Origin: Victivallales bacterium
GTDB taxonomy: Bacteria; Verrucomicrobiota; Lentisphaeria; Victivallales; UBA1829
DNA length: 64,000 nucleotides
Assembly: GCA_045612485.1 (NCBI GenBank)
Contig: JAZKZE010000084.1
Span: forward strand, 692-64,691
Direction: 5' to 3'
The translations under genes were made by a program, and so were the position numbers. Under the pieces are notes generated by a model. The model was not told the DNA's origin. It saw only the letters and a program-made list of their open reading frames with translations, and did no database searches. This document shows, piece after piece, positions 39,130 to 49,574 of this stretch; the stretch's first letter is position 1, and every line of letters starts with the position of its first letter.

Positions 39130-40368
39130 ATGGACAGACGGGAATTTTTAAAGACTCTGGCAGGTGTTGCTGCGTTGGCCCCCCTCGCCCACCTTTCCGC
39201 AAAAACCGGTATGGATAAAGTGCCGGAAGGGATCAGAAAATCAGGGAAAGTAGATAGAAGGAAGTATAAAGATACGGCTGTTTCCCTTCCTCTTCTGGGC
39301 TTCGGCATGATGCGGCTCCCCCGTTTGAAAAACGGTAAGATCGATGAAAAACTTGCGGTGGAAATGGTGGATAAAGCCTTGAAAAATGGTCTCAACCACT
39401 TTGATACAGCCCATATGTATCACCGGGGGGACAGTGAAAGATTCATCGGGAAGGTATTGAGCAGATACCCCCGGGAAAGTTATACTCTTGCCAGCAAAAT
39501 GCCCTGGTACGCCAAAGATGCCGCAGGTGTGGAAAAGATCTTCAATGAACAGTTGAAACGGTGTAATACTCCCTATTTTGACTTTTATATGATCCACTCT
39601 CTGGGCAGAAAAAACTGGGCGACCGCAGAAAGATTGAAGACATACGATTTTCTCCAAAAGATGAAAAAAGAGGGGAAGATCCGGCATCTGGGCTTCTCCT
39701 TCCATGACAAGCCGGAGGTATTGGAAGAGATCGTTAAAGCAAAGAAATGGGATTTTGCCCTGATCCAGATCAATGCTCTGGATTGGAAAAATTATAAATC
39801 AAAAGAACAGTATGAGATCCTGACAAAGAACAATATTCCGGTCATGGTCATGGAACCCCTGCGGGGAGGATCCCTTACGAAACTCAATAAACATGCCACT
39901 GAGATCCTGAAGAACAAAAATAAAGATGCATCCATCGCCTCCTGGATGTTCCGCTTTGCGGGAAGTCTGCCCAATGTATTGTGTGTGCTTTCCGGTATGA
40001 GCAGAATGGAACATCTGGAAGAAAATATAAAGACTTTCACTTCTTTCAAACCTCTTACAGAAGCGGAACGCACCACACTTGCTCTTGCCATTGGAGCGTA
40101 TCAGAAACGCCTTGCCGTTCCCTGTACAGCCTGCCGGTATTGTCTGCCCTGCCCCACAGGAGTCAACATTCCCGCTGTATTCACCTTTTACAATGAATAC
40201 AAACTGGATGGGGACAGAAAAGCATTTCTCAAAAAGATCAAAAATCTTCCGGCGGAAACAGGTCCGGAAGAGTGTGTGAATTGCGGAAAATGTACGAAAC
40301 ACTGTCCCCAGCATATCCGGATCCCGTCTGAACTCAAAAAGATCAGAGAAGATATTGCAAAGGGATAA
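39130..40368 (+). CDS. Aldo/keto reductase with C-terminal 4Fe-4S domain and a Tat-type signal
   Basis: Twin-arginine N-terminus MDRREFLKTLAGVAALAPLAHLSA. AKR core (LGFGMMRLP, HFDTAHMYH). C-terminal CTACRYCLPCP and CVNCGKCTKHCP. Confidence 0.85.
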   Translation: MDRREFLKTLAGVAALAPLAHLSAKTGMDKVPEGIRKSGKVDRRKYKDTAVSLPLLGFGMMRLPRLKNGKIDEKLAVEMVDKALKNGLNHFDTAHMYHRGDSERFIGKVLSRYPRESYTLASKMPWYAKDAAGVEKIFNEQLKRCNTPYFDFYMIHSLGRKNWATAERLKTYDFLQKMKKEGKIRHLGFSFHDKPEVLEEIVKAKKWDFALIQINALDWKNYKSKEQYEILTKNNIPVMVMEPLRGGSLTKLNKHATEILKNKNKDASIASWMFRFAGSLPNVLCVLSGMSRMEHLEENIKTFTSFKPLTEAERTTLALAIGAYQKRLAVPCTACRYCLPCPTGVNIPAVFTFYNEYKLDGDRKAFLKKIKNLPAETGPEECVNCGKCTKHCPQHIRIPSELKKIREDIAKG

Positions 40369-40385
40369 ATAACGGAAAAATTTGT

Positions 40386-41270
40386 ATGGGAAAAGAAACT
40401 CTCTCTCATTTTCTTCTGGAACTTCTGGAGAAAAACGGAGTCCCGGAAAGTTCCTGGGACTACTATTCCCATACAATGGAATTATCCGGCTTTTTCCAGC
40501 CGGATAATATTTTTATATGGAAAAAAGGTATTGCCGATTATACGGACGGGGTGAAACAGCATCACCGTTATGTGATAAAGTATCTTCTTTCCGGAAAAAG
40601 TTCCTGTTATCTGGATGATCATAATCTCACCCTGAATGCAGGGGAATTTTTTATTATTTTCCCCTATCAGCGTCATAATGAACTGCCGCCTTCTGCGAAT
40701 GAAAACTGGGAAATACTCTATATCAATTTCATGGAATCCGCAGGAAGCGAATTTTCCATTCTGCCCCTGAAAAACCGGGTATTCACCCCTGATGAAACAG
40801 AACAGGAACTTATAAAAAAACTTTGTACCAGCTGTATAAGCAAAGAAGATACAGGAAAAACCGATGCAAGAATGGCTCTTGCCTGGCTGATAGCAAGATT
40901 GATGAGCAAAGCGGAAAATAAAGTATTATCCACGCCGAAACATACCAATTTGGCAGATGAGATCACTGAATATATCTCCCGCAATCTGGATAAAAAACTT
41001 ACGATCGCCCATCTTTGCAGCAAATTCAATATCAGTGCCACTACCTTACGCAGAATCTTTGCCGCCCAGCCGGATAATTCCGGCAAATATACCTCCCCGG
41101 GAGCTTTTATCCGGCACCTGAAACTTTTACGCAGTGCCGAATGGCTGTTGTCCGGCAAAAACACCCTGAAAGAGATTGCCGCCTTCTGCGGATATTCCGA
41201 TCAGTTTGCCTTCAGCAGAGCCTTCAAAAAAATCAATGGTTTTTCCCCCAGCAAATTGAGAAAAAAATAA
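40386..41270 (+). CDS. AraC family transcriptional regulator (cupin-like N-terminus plus HTH_18)
   Basis: C-terminus LTIAHLCSKFNISATTLRRIF...IAAFCGYSDQFAFSRAFKKINGFSPSKLR. Confidence 0.85.
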   Translation: MGKETLSHFLLELLEKNGVPESSWDYYSHTMELSGFFQPDNIFIWKKGIADYTDGVKQHHRYVIKYLLSGKSSCYLDDHNLTLNAGEFFIIFPYQRHNELPPSANENWEILYINFMESAGSEFSILPLKNRVFTPDETEQELIKKLCTSCISKEDTGKTDARMALAWLIARLMSKAENKVLSTPKHTNLADEITEYISRNLDKKLTIAHLCSKFNISATTLRRIFAAQPDNSGKYTSPGAFIRHLKLLRSAEWLLSGKNTLKEIAAFCGYSDQFAFSRAFKKINGFSPSKLRKK

Positions 41271-41508
41271 TTCTCTGTTGTTATTTTTCATTTTTTCCGT
41301 GAAAATGATGTTTCTTTGATAAAAAAATATAGTTATGGTACTTTCTGACATATTTAAGGCGTTTTCTGCTATTGCATTTTTATGATAACAGAGTAAAATT
41401 ATATAATATGATAAGGGAAAAGAAATATCAAAGGCTTTTCCAATCTCTGAAAAATATAAAAAACAGTTTGGAAAAATAGAAAGATAGAATAAAAAGAAGG
41501 AGGAAAAG

Positions 41509-42495
41509 ATGATGGCTCATTACACAAAGAAAGATTTTTCCGTTCAGGCAGGAAGCAAATTTTCCCATACCTGTGGGTATGGGAACCGGATCCGGTTCAC
41601 CCTTATCGAATTATTGGTGAGTGTTACTTGTCAAATAGGTGTTTTACCGTTGTATTGCCTCAAAAAAATTCATAAAAACTGCGCATCCTTACGCCCGTCA
41701 GGGCGCACTTCACGTTTGTCGCAGGCAAACTCTTCACACCTTCACATCTTCACTCAATCAGCGTTCACGCTGATTGAACTTTTGGTGGTTATTGCCATCA
41801 TTGCCATTCTTGCGGCAATGCTTCTTCCGGCATTGAACCGGGCAAGGGAAACCGCCGAAGCCGTTTCCTGCAAAAACAATCAGAAACAGCTTGGGCTTGT
41901 CCTCCAGTATTATCAGGATTCCAGTAAGGGCTGGGTCATGCAGAGCAACAGTAACAGTGTGGTCATCAAAAATCACTGGGTCCCCTTTCATCTTGCCCGT
42001 ACTACAGGGCTGGAATTCAACGGCTACCTGGATAAAAGACTGAAAGCCTACGGCTGCCCCTCCCCGAAATATACCATTGACAGCGTAGGGTATCTCGCCC
42101 ATATTCTTTATGGTACAAGAATGATCACAAGCGGTACCGGAGTAACTTGGATCAAAGTCTTTGAAGAAGACCAATACAGAGGGTATTATGTGAATCTTGA
42201 GCGTTATATCAACAGTCTCACCTCCCCTTACAAGGCCTCCCCCTCCCAGTTCCATTTCTTTGGAGATACAGTAACAAATACTGTTACAAAAAGAGCTGTT
42301 CTGCAATCAGCAAACTATTATACATACGACCAGAGCAATTATCTTGCAGCCGGCATTGTCCATACCCGTCACGGCAAAGCTGCCAATCTCTGGTTCGTTG
42401 ACGGTCATGTGGAAGGGCTGACTCCCGCTGTATTCAAGAAAAATTGTTACAGGATCAATGTTTACCGTACAAAAGACGGTACTTACATCAAATAA
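41509..42495 (+). CDS. Prepilin-type N-terminal methylation-domain protein, DUF1559 / H-X9-DG family
   Basis: [29 protein letters not shown] and a C-terminal [12 protein letters not shown], which is exactly H-X9-DG. Strong AAGGAGG RBS. Carries an extra degenerate FTLIELLV copy upstream. Confidence 0.85.
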   Translation: MMAHYTKKDFSVQAGSKFSHTCGYGNRIRFTLIELLVSVTCQIGVLPLYCLKKIHKNCASLRPSGRTSRLSQANSSHLHIFTQSAFTLIELLVVIAIIAILAAMLLPALNRARETAEAVSCKNNQKQLGLVLQYYQDSSKGWVMQSNSNSVVIKNHWVPFHLARTTGLEFNGYLDKRLKAYGCPSPKYTIDSVGYLAHILYGTRMITSGTGVTWIKVFEEDQYRGYYVNLERYINSLTSPYKASPSQFHFFGDTVTNTVTKRAVLQSANYYTYDQSNYLAAGIVHTRHGKAANLWFVDGHVEGLTPAVFKKNCYRINVYRTKDGTYIK

Positions 42496-42580
42496 GATAT
42501 TCCCGCTCTTTTTATCCGGTTGGTCTTCTGCCGGATAATTTTTATACAGACAAAATCATAATATAATATAAGGAAAAAAA

Positions 42581-45500
42581 ATGAAAAAAATTCTTACCAT
42601 CCTTGCGGGATTTTTCTGTGCTTTTGCACTTTCTGCAACAGATCCCTCCCTTGTTCTGCATCTCAAATTTGATGAGGGTGAGGGTGATGTCATCAAAGAC
42701 CATTCCGGCAAGGGGCATGATGCAAAACTTGTCAACGGCAACTGGGAAAAATTCGGAGTGAGAGGGAGTGCCGTTGAATTGAACGGCAAAAATGCGTATG
42801 TCAATATTCCCTGGAGCAAAGATCTTGACCTTACGGAAGAATTCACTTATTCGATATGGTTCAAGATGCAAAATACCAAACGGGGCATGAACCTTTTTGC
42901 CAGAGGCAATTACAATATAGGTTTCCAGTGTTATGTTTATGATTCCTTTATTTCCTTCCACAGCAGAAATGTAAAGGGAAAGAGTCTGATCTATACCAAC
43001 CTCACCTACGCCACCCGTCCTGAATCCCCCTATTATCACCTTGTTGTCACAAGCACAAAAGGGGAAAAGAAAGGGGAACGGATCTTGCGTTTCTATGTCA
43101 ACGGCAAACAGAGAGCCAATGCCCGGCGTTTCGGCGGGGAAAAAGATCTGAAACTTGCGGGTGCAATGCCTGTAAACAGAAAGATCGATACCACTATCGG
43201 TAAATATTCTTCCCATGAAGGACAGTGGTTCAAAGGCATCGTGGATGAGGCAAAAGTTTACAATAGACCCCTTTCAGCAAAAGAGATCGAAGAGGAATAT
43301 AAAGTTCTTTCCGTTCCGGAAGTATCCTCTGATGTAAAAAAAAAGGAACTGAAAAAAGTTGTTCTTCCGCCGCTGAAAAGTAAAAATGCGGCAATCTATA
43401 TTCCTGACAGCAGACGGGGGCAGATCCCTTTCCGGGAAGTGGAATGGATCGAAGAACGCCTGAAAGAAGCCGGTATGCGTGTACGCAGGATTGCCGATAA
43501 GGATCTCGCCGCCCTCCCCTCCAGTTCCGCAGAACTTCTTGTCATGCCTTATGCAAGAATGGCTCTGGAAGGGGAAGACGCCATTTTCAAATTTCTGAAA
43601 CGGGGCGGCAATGTGATCGCAGCAAGCTGTATTCCATCTGTCTATAATCCCCTTTACCCGAAAGACCCCACCAAACAGCACGGCAGAGGCTGGTTTGCCC
43701 CCTTCCTCATCCGTAAACTGGATGCAAGCTGGGCGTGGGCAAAACGCAATGCCAAAAATCCTCTTGTGATAAGTGATGAAGCCTCCACTCTTGTGGGCGA
43801 TCTTCTCCCCGTATCCTATCAGGATGCAAAAGTCACCTTTACCGGGATCGACCGCTGGAATGTCATCAAGGGAAGTGACGGCGGTTACGGGGACGGTACA
43901 AACTATACTCTTGCAAGCGATGTATCTCTGGATCTTTACAGGGAACGCACTGGAGCAGCATCAGATTTTGTCCTTTACAGATACTATAATACCCAGATCT
44001 TCGGCAGTACCTTCACCAATGTGGGGGCAATCGGGGAAGGTCTTCTGAAAGGCGCAAAGGGAAAAGATGTATTCAAAGCCATCCTTCACCTTCAGGAGAT
44101 GAAATTCCCACAGGAACAGGAAAAAAACTATTATAAAGATCTCTGTGACCTTGCCTTGCTGTGGAGTGATTTTTCCTGGGAATATATTATTCTTGCCGCA
44201 AAAATGCGTGATGCCGCCATTGCCGCTTATCTTGATAAAAAAGATTACAGAAAGGAAATGGAAAAACTTACTGCAATGGATACCCGTTTCCAGGCGATCC
44301 TGAAAGATCACAAACAGCATGACCAATATCTTGCAGGAAAGACAGATGCAAAAACAATAGCCGCCCTTACAAAGAAAATGCTTGAAGAGATCCGGAAAGC
44401 ACAGAAAATCTTTGCTTCTTTCGATCAGGAAGCCTCCCGCCTTCTCTCCAGTGTAAAGAAACCTGCCGTAGTACCTGTCAAACACCGTTACGGCACGCTC
44501 CAGCTGATCGCCTCCCTTACTCTTCCCGCCAACCTCTACCGTTTCAGAGGGGCATTGTTTGATGAGATGAAACGCATGGGGGTTACCGTTTACAGCGGTA
44601 CGGATCACCCCTGGTATGTTCTTGACAAACAGGCAAATGCCAAACGCAAAGGCATCAGCCGCGACCATAAGTTCCTTTATGCAGCCGAACCCAACCGGAT
44701 CTTGAGAATGGGTACATTCAATCCTGTGGACGGTTCCGTAAAAGACGGTAAGGGAATACCTTTCCCCTATGCAGTATTCCATAAAACACTCAAAGAACGC
44801 TTTGCCCTGTATGATAAGGCAGGGATCAAACAGTTCCGTATCGGAACCGGGGATGAAATGGGGATAGGCTACAGTTACTGGGGAACTCCTGCGCAGAAAG
44901 AGTTTCAGGAATATCTGAAAAAATATTATAAAAACAGTATCAAAGCACTCAATAATCATTGCAGAACCTCTTACAAAAAATTTGAAGATATTCTCCTCCC
45001 CCGCCGTCAGCCAGCCACAGCAAGCGAACACGCCATCTGGGAACACTGGAGAAACTGCCGGGAAGCAAGACTGGAAGGATTGTATGCCCTCATCTATAAA
45101 GAGATCAAAAACCTGAAAAAAGATCTGGATGTATTCACCATGCCCTCCACCGGCAGTATGGAATCCCCCCTCTACGCCGTCAACTTCTACAATATTACAA
45201 AATACAGTGATGTAAACGCCATTGACGGAACCACCACCTCCTCTTCCAGAGAATGGATCTTCAACGATCTTACCCGTAAACAGGTCCTCACCTCTGAATG
45301 GGGCGGCACTTACGCGGATGTAAATGAACACAGAATGCAGGGAATGCTCTGGAAAGAACTTTCCGGCGGTATGACCGGAGCGGAACTTCATGTTTATACC
45401 TGGGGATCTGATTCCATAAGTTTCCTGGATATTCTGGACAGGAAAAACATCCGGGGAGCAGCAATCGGTCAGTTTATGAAAGAGATCCGCAAACTTGACC

Positions 45501-47986
45501 ATGTGCTTCTGGACGGTAAACGTGCCGGAAACGAGATCGGCATCCTCTTCTCCCAGACCAGCCGTATCCACGACCAGAACTGGGGCATGAATGGTCAGAA
45601 GACCTATTCCCCCCATATTGCGGCTGTATCCAATTATTATGCGCTCTTCCTTACCACACAGCGTAATGCAAGAGTCGTTCCGGAAGAAAAGATCCTGGAA
45701 GAAGATGTACCTTCCTCTGTAAAGATCCTCATTCTTCCCCAGACAAGATTTCTGACAGAAAAATTGCAGAAAAAACTTCTGGATTTTGCCAAACGGGGCG
45801 GAATCCTCCTTACAGAAGGAAGAGTCGGGCAATTTGATGCTTTCGGTATGTCTTCCGACCTGATTTTGCGTACAATCGGTGTCATCCCCACTTATACAGC
45901 AAGTACAAAATTCACCTGCAACAATATTTCCGGTAAAGTCCCTGACGGGGAAAAGGTCTTTTCTCCTGCAGGAAAAGGGAAGATCCTTGCTGCATTTGAT
46001 ACAAAGGAAGCTGCCATTCTTGCCGTTCCCTATGGAAAAGGAAAGATCATTATTTCCGGGCTGAACAGCGGACTTTCCAAGTACGACAGTTACCCTGCCC
46101 TTACAGAAGAACTTCTCCGCATGGAAAAAATCACTCCCCGTCTGATCGTTTCCGATCCTGCCGTCATCTCCCGTGAATGGGTACACGGGAAAGACACCTA
46201 CCTTATCTTCAATAAAGTTCTTTCCACAGTGGAAATGAAGGAAACATTGATCCATATCAGAGGGAAGGTAAAAGTGGAAGATTACCTTTTCGGAAGAGAA
46301 ATCAAAACCGGATATAAAAACGGCTACACCTCCTTCCGTACCCTTCTTACCAATGGCGGCAGAGTTTTCCGTATCAGAAACAATGCCCCTGCCCCCCTCC
46401 CCTTTTCAGAGGCAGAGAAGATGGAAAAAGAGTTTCCCGCCTCCTCTGGAAACAACCTTACGGAAACAAAAGAAATCACTCTGCCTTTTACCGGAAGACT
46501 CTTTGATGAAACTCCCTTTACCTGTAAAGGATATAAATTCACTCTTGCCACCCTTGCCGCCGGCGATGATAATACCAATGGGGAAACTTTTCTTACCATC
46601 TCTAAAGGCAGGGAAAGCGTGAAAAAGCGTCTTCTGAAAAATGTGATCACATACTTTGTCATCAAAAATGATATATTCAAAGTAAAAAGTGTGAATAATT
46701 TCTGCAAATACCCCTTCCATGCGGATCTTACCATTGAAAAGGAAAAAACTCTCCCTTCCCCCGCTGAAGTAAAAACACAGCAGCAGTCCAATAAATTCAT
46801 TCTGAAAAATGATATGCTTGAATGTGTATTCCGTCCGGACAACGGGGCAGCCCTCACCAATCTTGTACTGAAAGACCGTTACATGGATCAGATCGTAAAA
46901 GATCCGGGAGCCTCTTCTGCAGCATTTGTGGTTTCCGGTTCCGTACCCGGTCTATTCTGGGGAAAATCCTTTATGGTAAAAACACAGAACAAGGGGGACG
47001 GTACAGAATGTATTTTCTCTCTGAAAACCCCGGTCAATGCCCGAACCCTTACAGAAAAGATCCTGATGAAGAAGAATGTATGCGGTTTTTCCATTGATCT
47101 TGCCTTCACCAAACTTGATGATAAAAAAGCAAGAGATGATTTCCGCTGGCATCCGGAACTTGCCATAGGCGGAAGTGTGGAAAATGGCGATGCCGTATTT
47201 TATCCCGGAAAAGACGGTGCTGTAAAAGTTCCTCTGCGGGGGGTGGGGACAGGACAGTATCTCCCGGCAAAAGGCAACTGGACAGCTCTTGTGGATACCA
47301 ATGATCTTTTTGCCAATATCTATACATTCGATCATAAAAAATCCATCCGTCCCTATATCTGGGATGCGGCAAAATTCCATACGGTGGAACTGGAATGTAC
47401 TCCTTTGCCCATGAAAAAAGGGGAAAGCAGAAGTTATTCATTGCAGACACACTTTGTAAGAGGTCTGGAAGGGATCGACGCATGGCAGGATCTGACAGCT
47501 CTTTTCATCAATATTCCCGGCAAAGCGGATCAGAAAAAACTTTCTTCCGTGGAAGTAAAAGTTGGAACCGCATTCCTGTCATTGCAGAATGTGACTCTGG
47601 AAGCGGAATTTCTGGATAAAAACGGAAAAAAGGCTGTCTCCTTTGCTCCGCAGAAAGGAACAATGATCTATGAAAAGCCCTTTACAGCAGTATTCAAAGG
47701 GTCTTTCGGAAAATTGCCTGATGGTCTTTATACCGTAAAAATCCGTGCTGCAAGGCAAAACGGGAAAACATTTACCGCAGAAAAGAAGATCTTTCTTGCC
47801 GGACAGGAATTAACGCTTCTGACGGAAAAATATGAACGTCTGGTCAGAAAAGTGGAAGCAAGAAAGGATCAGACAAGCCGCAAGACCTATGAATTGCGCA
47901 TTACATTGGAATCTTTGCGGAGAAATCTGGCTCTTGCCGATACAGAAAAGGCGGCAGAAGAAATCGCCTCACTTGAGAAAGAATAA
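42581..47986 (+). CDS. Giant (1801 aa) secreted LamG-domain protein, probably glycan-active or an adhesin
   Basis: Signal peptide MKKILTILAGFFCAFALSA. LamG/Laminin_G_3-like region (LHLKFDEGEGDVIKDHSGKGHDAKLVNG...FKGIVDEAKVYNRPLSAKEI). Two GATase1/trimerisation-like segments and a C-terminal coiled coil. The middle domains are only loosely GH42-like by eye. Confidence 0.7.
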   Translation: MKKILTILAGFFCAFALSATDPSLVLHLKFDEGEGDVIKDHSGKGHDAKLVNGNWEKFGVRGSAVELNGKNAYVNIPWSKDLDLTEEFTYSIWFKMQNTKRGMNLFARGNYNIGFQCYVYDSFISFHSRNVKGKSLIYTNLTYATRPESPYYHLVVTSTKGEKKGERILRFYVNGKQRANARRFGGEKDLKLAGAMPVNRKIDTTIGKYSSHEGQWFKGIVDEAKVYNRPLSAKEIEEEYKVLSVPEVSSDVKKKELKKVVLPPLKSKNAAIYIPDSRRGQIPFREVEWIEERLKEAGMRVRRIADKDLAALPSSSAELLVMPYARMALEGEDAIFKFLKRGGNVIAASCIPSVYNPLYPKDPTKQHGRGWFAPFLIRKLDASWAWAKRNAKNPLVISDEASTLVGDLLPVSYQDAKVTFTGIDRWNVIKGSDGGYGDGTNYTLASDVSLDLYRERTGAASDFVLYRYYNTQIFGSTFTNVGAIGEGLLKGAKGKDVFKAILHLQEMKFPQEQEKNYYKDLCDLALLWSDFSWEYIILAAKMRDAAIAAYLDKKDYRKEMEKLTAMDTRFQAILKDHKQHDQYLAGKTDAKTIAALTKKMLEEIRKAQKIFASFDQEASRLLSSVKKPAVVPVKHRYGTLQLIASLTLPANLYRFRGALFDEMKRMGVTVYSGTDHPWYVLDKQANAKRKGISRDHKFLYAAEPNRILRMGTFNPVDGSVKDGKGIPFPYAVFHKTLKERFALYDKAGIKQFRIGTGDEMGIGYSYWGTPAQKEFQEYLKKYYKNSIKALNNHCRTSYKKFEDILLPRRQPATASEHAIWEHWRNCREARLEGLYALIYKEIKNLKKDLDVFTMPSTGSMESPLYAVNFYNITKYSDVNAIDGTTTSSSREWIFNDLTRKQVLTSEWGGTYADVNEHRMQGMLWKELSGGMTGAELHVYTWGSDSISFLDILDRKNIRGAAIGQFMKEIRKLDHVLLDGKRAGNEIGILFSQTSRIHDQNWGMNGQKTYSPHIAAVSNYYALFLTTQRNARVVPEEKILEEDVPSSVKILILPQTRFLTEKLQKKLLDFAKRGGILLTEGRVGQFDAFGMSSDLILRTIGVIPTYTASTKFTCNNISGKVPDGEKVFSPAGKGKILAAFDTKEAAILAVPYGKGKIIISGLNSGLSKYDSYPALTEELLRMEKITPRLIVSDPAVISREWVHGKDTYLIFNKVLSTVEMKETLIHIRGKVKVEDYLFGREIKTGYKNGYTSFRTLLTNGGRVFRIRNNAPAPLPFSEAEKMEKEFPASSGNNLTETKEITLPFTGRLFDETPFTCKGYKFTLATLAAGDDNTNGETFLTISKGRESVKKRLLKNVITYFVIKNDIFKVKSVNNFCKYPFHADLTIEKEKTLPSPAEVKTQQQSNKFILKNDMLECVFRPDNGAALTNLVLKDRYMDQIVKDPGASSAAFVVSGSVPGLFWGKSFMVKTQNKGDGTECIFSLKTPVNARTLTEKILMKKNVCGFSIDLAFTKLDDKKARDDFRWHPELAIGGSVENGDAVFYPGKDGAVKVPLRGVGTGQYLPAKGNWTALVDTNDLFANIYTFDHKKSIRPYIWDAAKFHTVELECTPLPMKKGESRSYSLQTHFVRGLEGIDAWQDLTALFINIPGKADQKKLSSVEVKVGTAFLSLQNVTLEAEFLDKNGKKAVSFAPQKGTMIYEKPFTAVFKGSFGKLPDGLYTVKIRAARQNGKTFTAEKKIFLAGQELTLLTEKYERLVRKVEARKDQTSRKTYELRITLESLRRNLALADTEKAAEEIASLEKE

Positions 47987-48019
47987 TATTATCCGTTATT
48001 CCATCTTACTTACAGTTAC

Positions 48020-48060
48020 GGGCTGCTGCAAAATACTTGCCGGCAGCCCCTTTCTATTTG
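48020..48060 (+). terminator. Probable terminator of the giant gene
   Basis: GGGCTGC/GCAGCCC stem (48020-48026 and 48043-48049), followed by ctttctatttg. Confidence 0.45.
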
Positions 48061-48167
48061 TCATTCAGTTCTTCCATATTCCATACAGGAAATATATTTT
48101 TCCTGCGCCGCAGGGGGGACAGAAAAATACACTCCCGCCGTTCCTGCCGGAAAAAGCATAACAGGAA

Positions 48168-49571
48168 TCAGAACCGGAAATAAATAAAAGGATTGAAGGT
48201 GGAATTGGCAATCGCTACAGAAGATAACACAAAAACAGCAAGCAGCCATATATTGCAGAAACAGGCGGTAACTTCTCCATATTTTCCAGTCCGTTTTTCC
48301 GGAAGATTCCGGAAGATGGGCATGGAACAGACAGCGGCGATCACAAGAACAAACAACTGTACATTACTGCAATAATTTGCCAGCGGCATAAAAGGACGGC
48401 TCTCTTCAAGCATGAACATCCCTTTTATATACTTCCAGGCATAATCCATCGTATCTGCCCGGAACATCACCCAGCCGATCACAAAAACGAATATTGTATA
48501 AATATGCATAATAATCTGTTTGATAACAGAACCTTTCTCCTTGTGGAAAGAAAAAACTCTTTCTGTCACAATAAAGAATCCATGCCACAAGCCCCAGAAA
48601 ATAAAATTCCAGCTTGCGCCATGCCATATTCCTGTTGCAAGGAAAACGATCCATAAATTCAGATAATTACGGCTTTTGCTCACCCGGTTACCACCCAGGG
48701 GTATATACAGATATTCCTTGAACCATGTGGACATGGAGATGTGCCATCTGCGCCAGAATTCTGTAATGGAAGAAGATATATACGGATAATTGAAGTTCTC
48801 CAGAAAACGGAAACCCAACATCCGCCCGAGTCCGATCGCCATATCAGAATACCCGGAAAAATCATAATAAAGCTGGAAGGTATAGGCGATCGCCCCCAGC
48901 CAGAGGGTCACGGTACTTAATTCATGGGGCTGAGCATTGAATATCTGTTCAACGATCTCCCCCATAGTGTTGGCAATAAGAACTTTTTTACCCAGTCCCG
49001 TTATAAACCTTTTCACCCCGTAAATAAAATCATCCGCAGAGACAGTACGGTCACTGATCTGATTTGCCACATCATGATATTTGACAATAGGTCCGGCGAT
49101 CATCTGGGGGAAAAGAACGATATAAAGCATAAGGTCATAGAAATTTTTCTGCACCGGACAATCTTTTCTGTAAACATCCACCAGATAGGAGATCGCCTGA
49201 AAAGTATAGAAAGAGATCCCTATGGGCATGATCACTTTGATAAAATCCACATTGCTGCGGAAAAGCATATTGATATTTTCAATGATGAAGTTTGTATATT
49301 TGAAATAAATCAGGATCCCCAGATCGCAACAGATGGTCAGGAAAAGATATAATTTACCCTTTGAACGGTACTTGTCAATAAGCAACGCCCCCAGATAGTT
49401 GCAGATAATAGTCAGGAACAGGATCAGTACATAACGGGGTTCGCCCCAGGCATAGAAGAATATGCTGGCAAAAAGAAGAACAAGATTTCTCCATTTGGGA
49501 TTGACAACATAATAAGCAGCCAGAACAAGGGGCAGAAAAAGAAAAAGAAATGTCATGGAGGAAAAAAGCAT
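48168..49571 (-). CDS. MBOAT family O-acyltransferase (AlgI/DltB-like)
   Basis: MLFSSMTFLFLFLPLVLAAYY...FFYAWGEP and the His region EFWRRWHISMSTWFKEYLYIPLGGNR. Confidence 0.9.
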   Translation of the reverse strand: MLFSSMTFLFLFLPLVLAAYYVVNPKWRNLVLLFASIFFYAWGEPRYVLILFLTIICNYLGALLIDKYRSKGKLYLFLTICCDLGILIYFKYTNFIIENINMLFRSNVDFIKVIMPIGISFYTFQAISYLVDVYRKDCPVQKNFYDLMLYIVLFPQMIAGPIVKYHDVANQISDRTVSADDFIYGVKRFITGLGKKVLIANTMGEIVEQIFNAQPHELSTVTLWLGAIAYTFQLYYDFSGYSDMAIGLGRMLGFRFLENFNYPYISSSITEFWRRWHISMSTWFKEYLYIPLGGNRVSKSRNYLNLWIVFLATGIWHGASWNFIFWGLWHGFFIVTERVFSFHKEKGSVIKQIIMHIYTIFVFVIGWVMFRADTMDYAWKYIKGMFMLEESRPFMPLANYCSNVQLFVLVIAAVCSMPIFRNLPEKRTGKYGEVTACFCNIWLLAVFVLSSVAIANSTFNPFIYFRF

Positions 49572-49574
49572 ATA

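Noticed and set aside
38769-39395. 208-aa minus-strand ORF
   Set aside because: It is antisense to the DUF1893 gene and to the start of the aldo/keto reductase gene, both of which have strong RBSs and family motifs.
43961-46255. 764-aa minus-strand ORF
   Set aside because: It lies entirely inside the 1801-aa LamG giant on the opposite strand. It has no start context or domain signal, so it is a shadow ORF.
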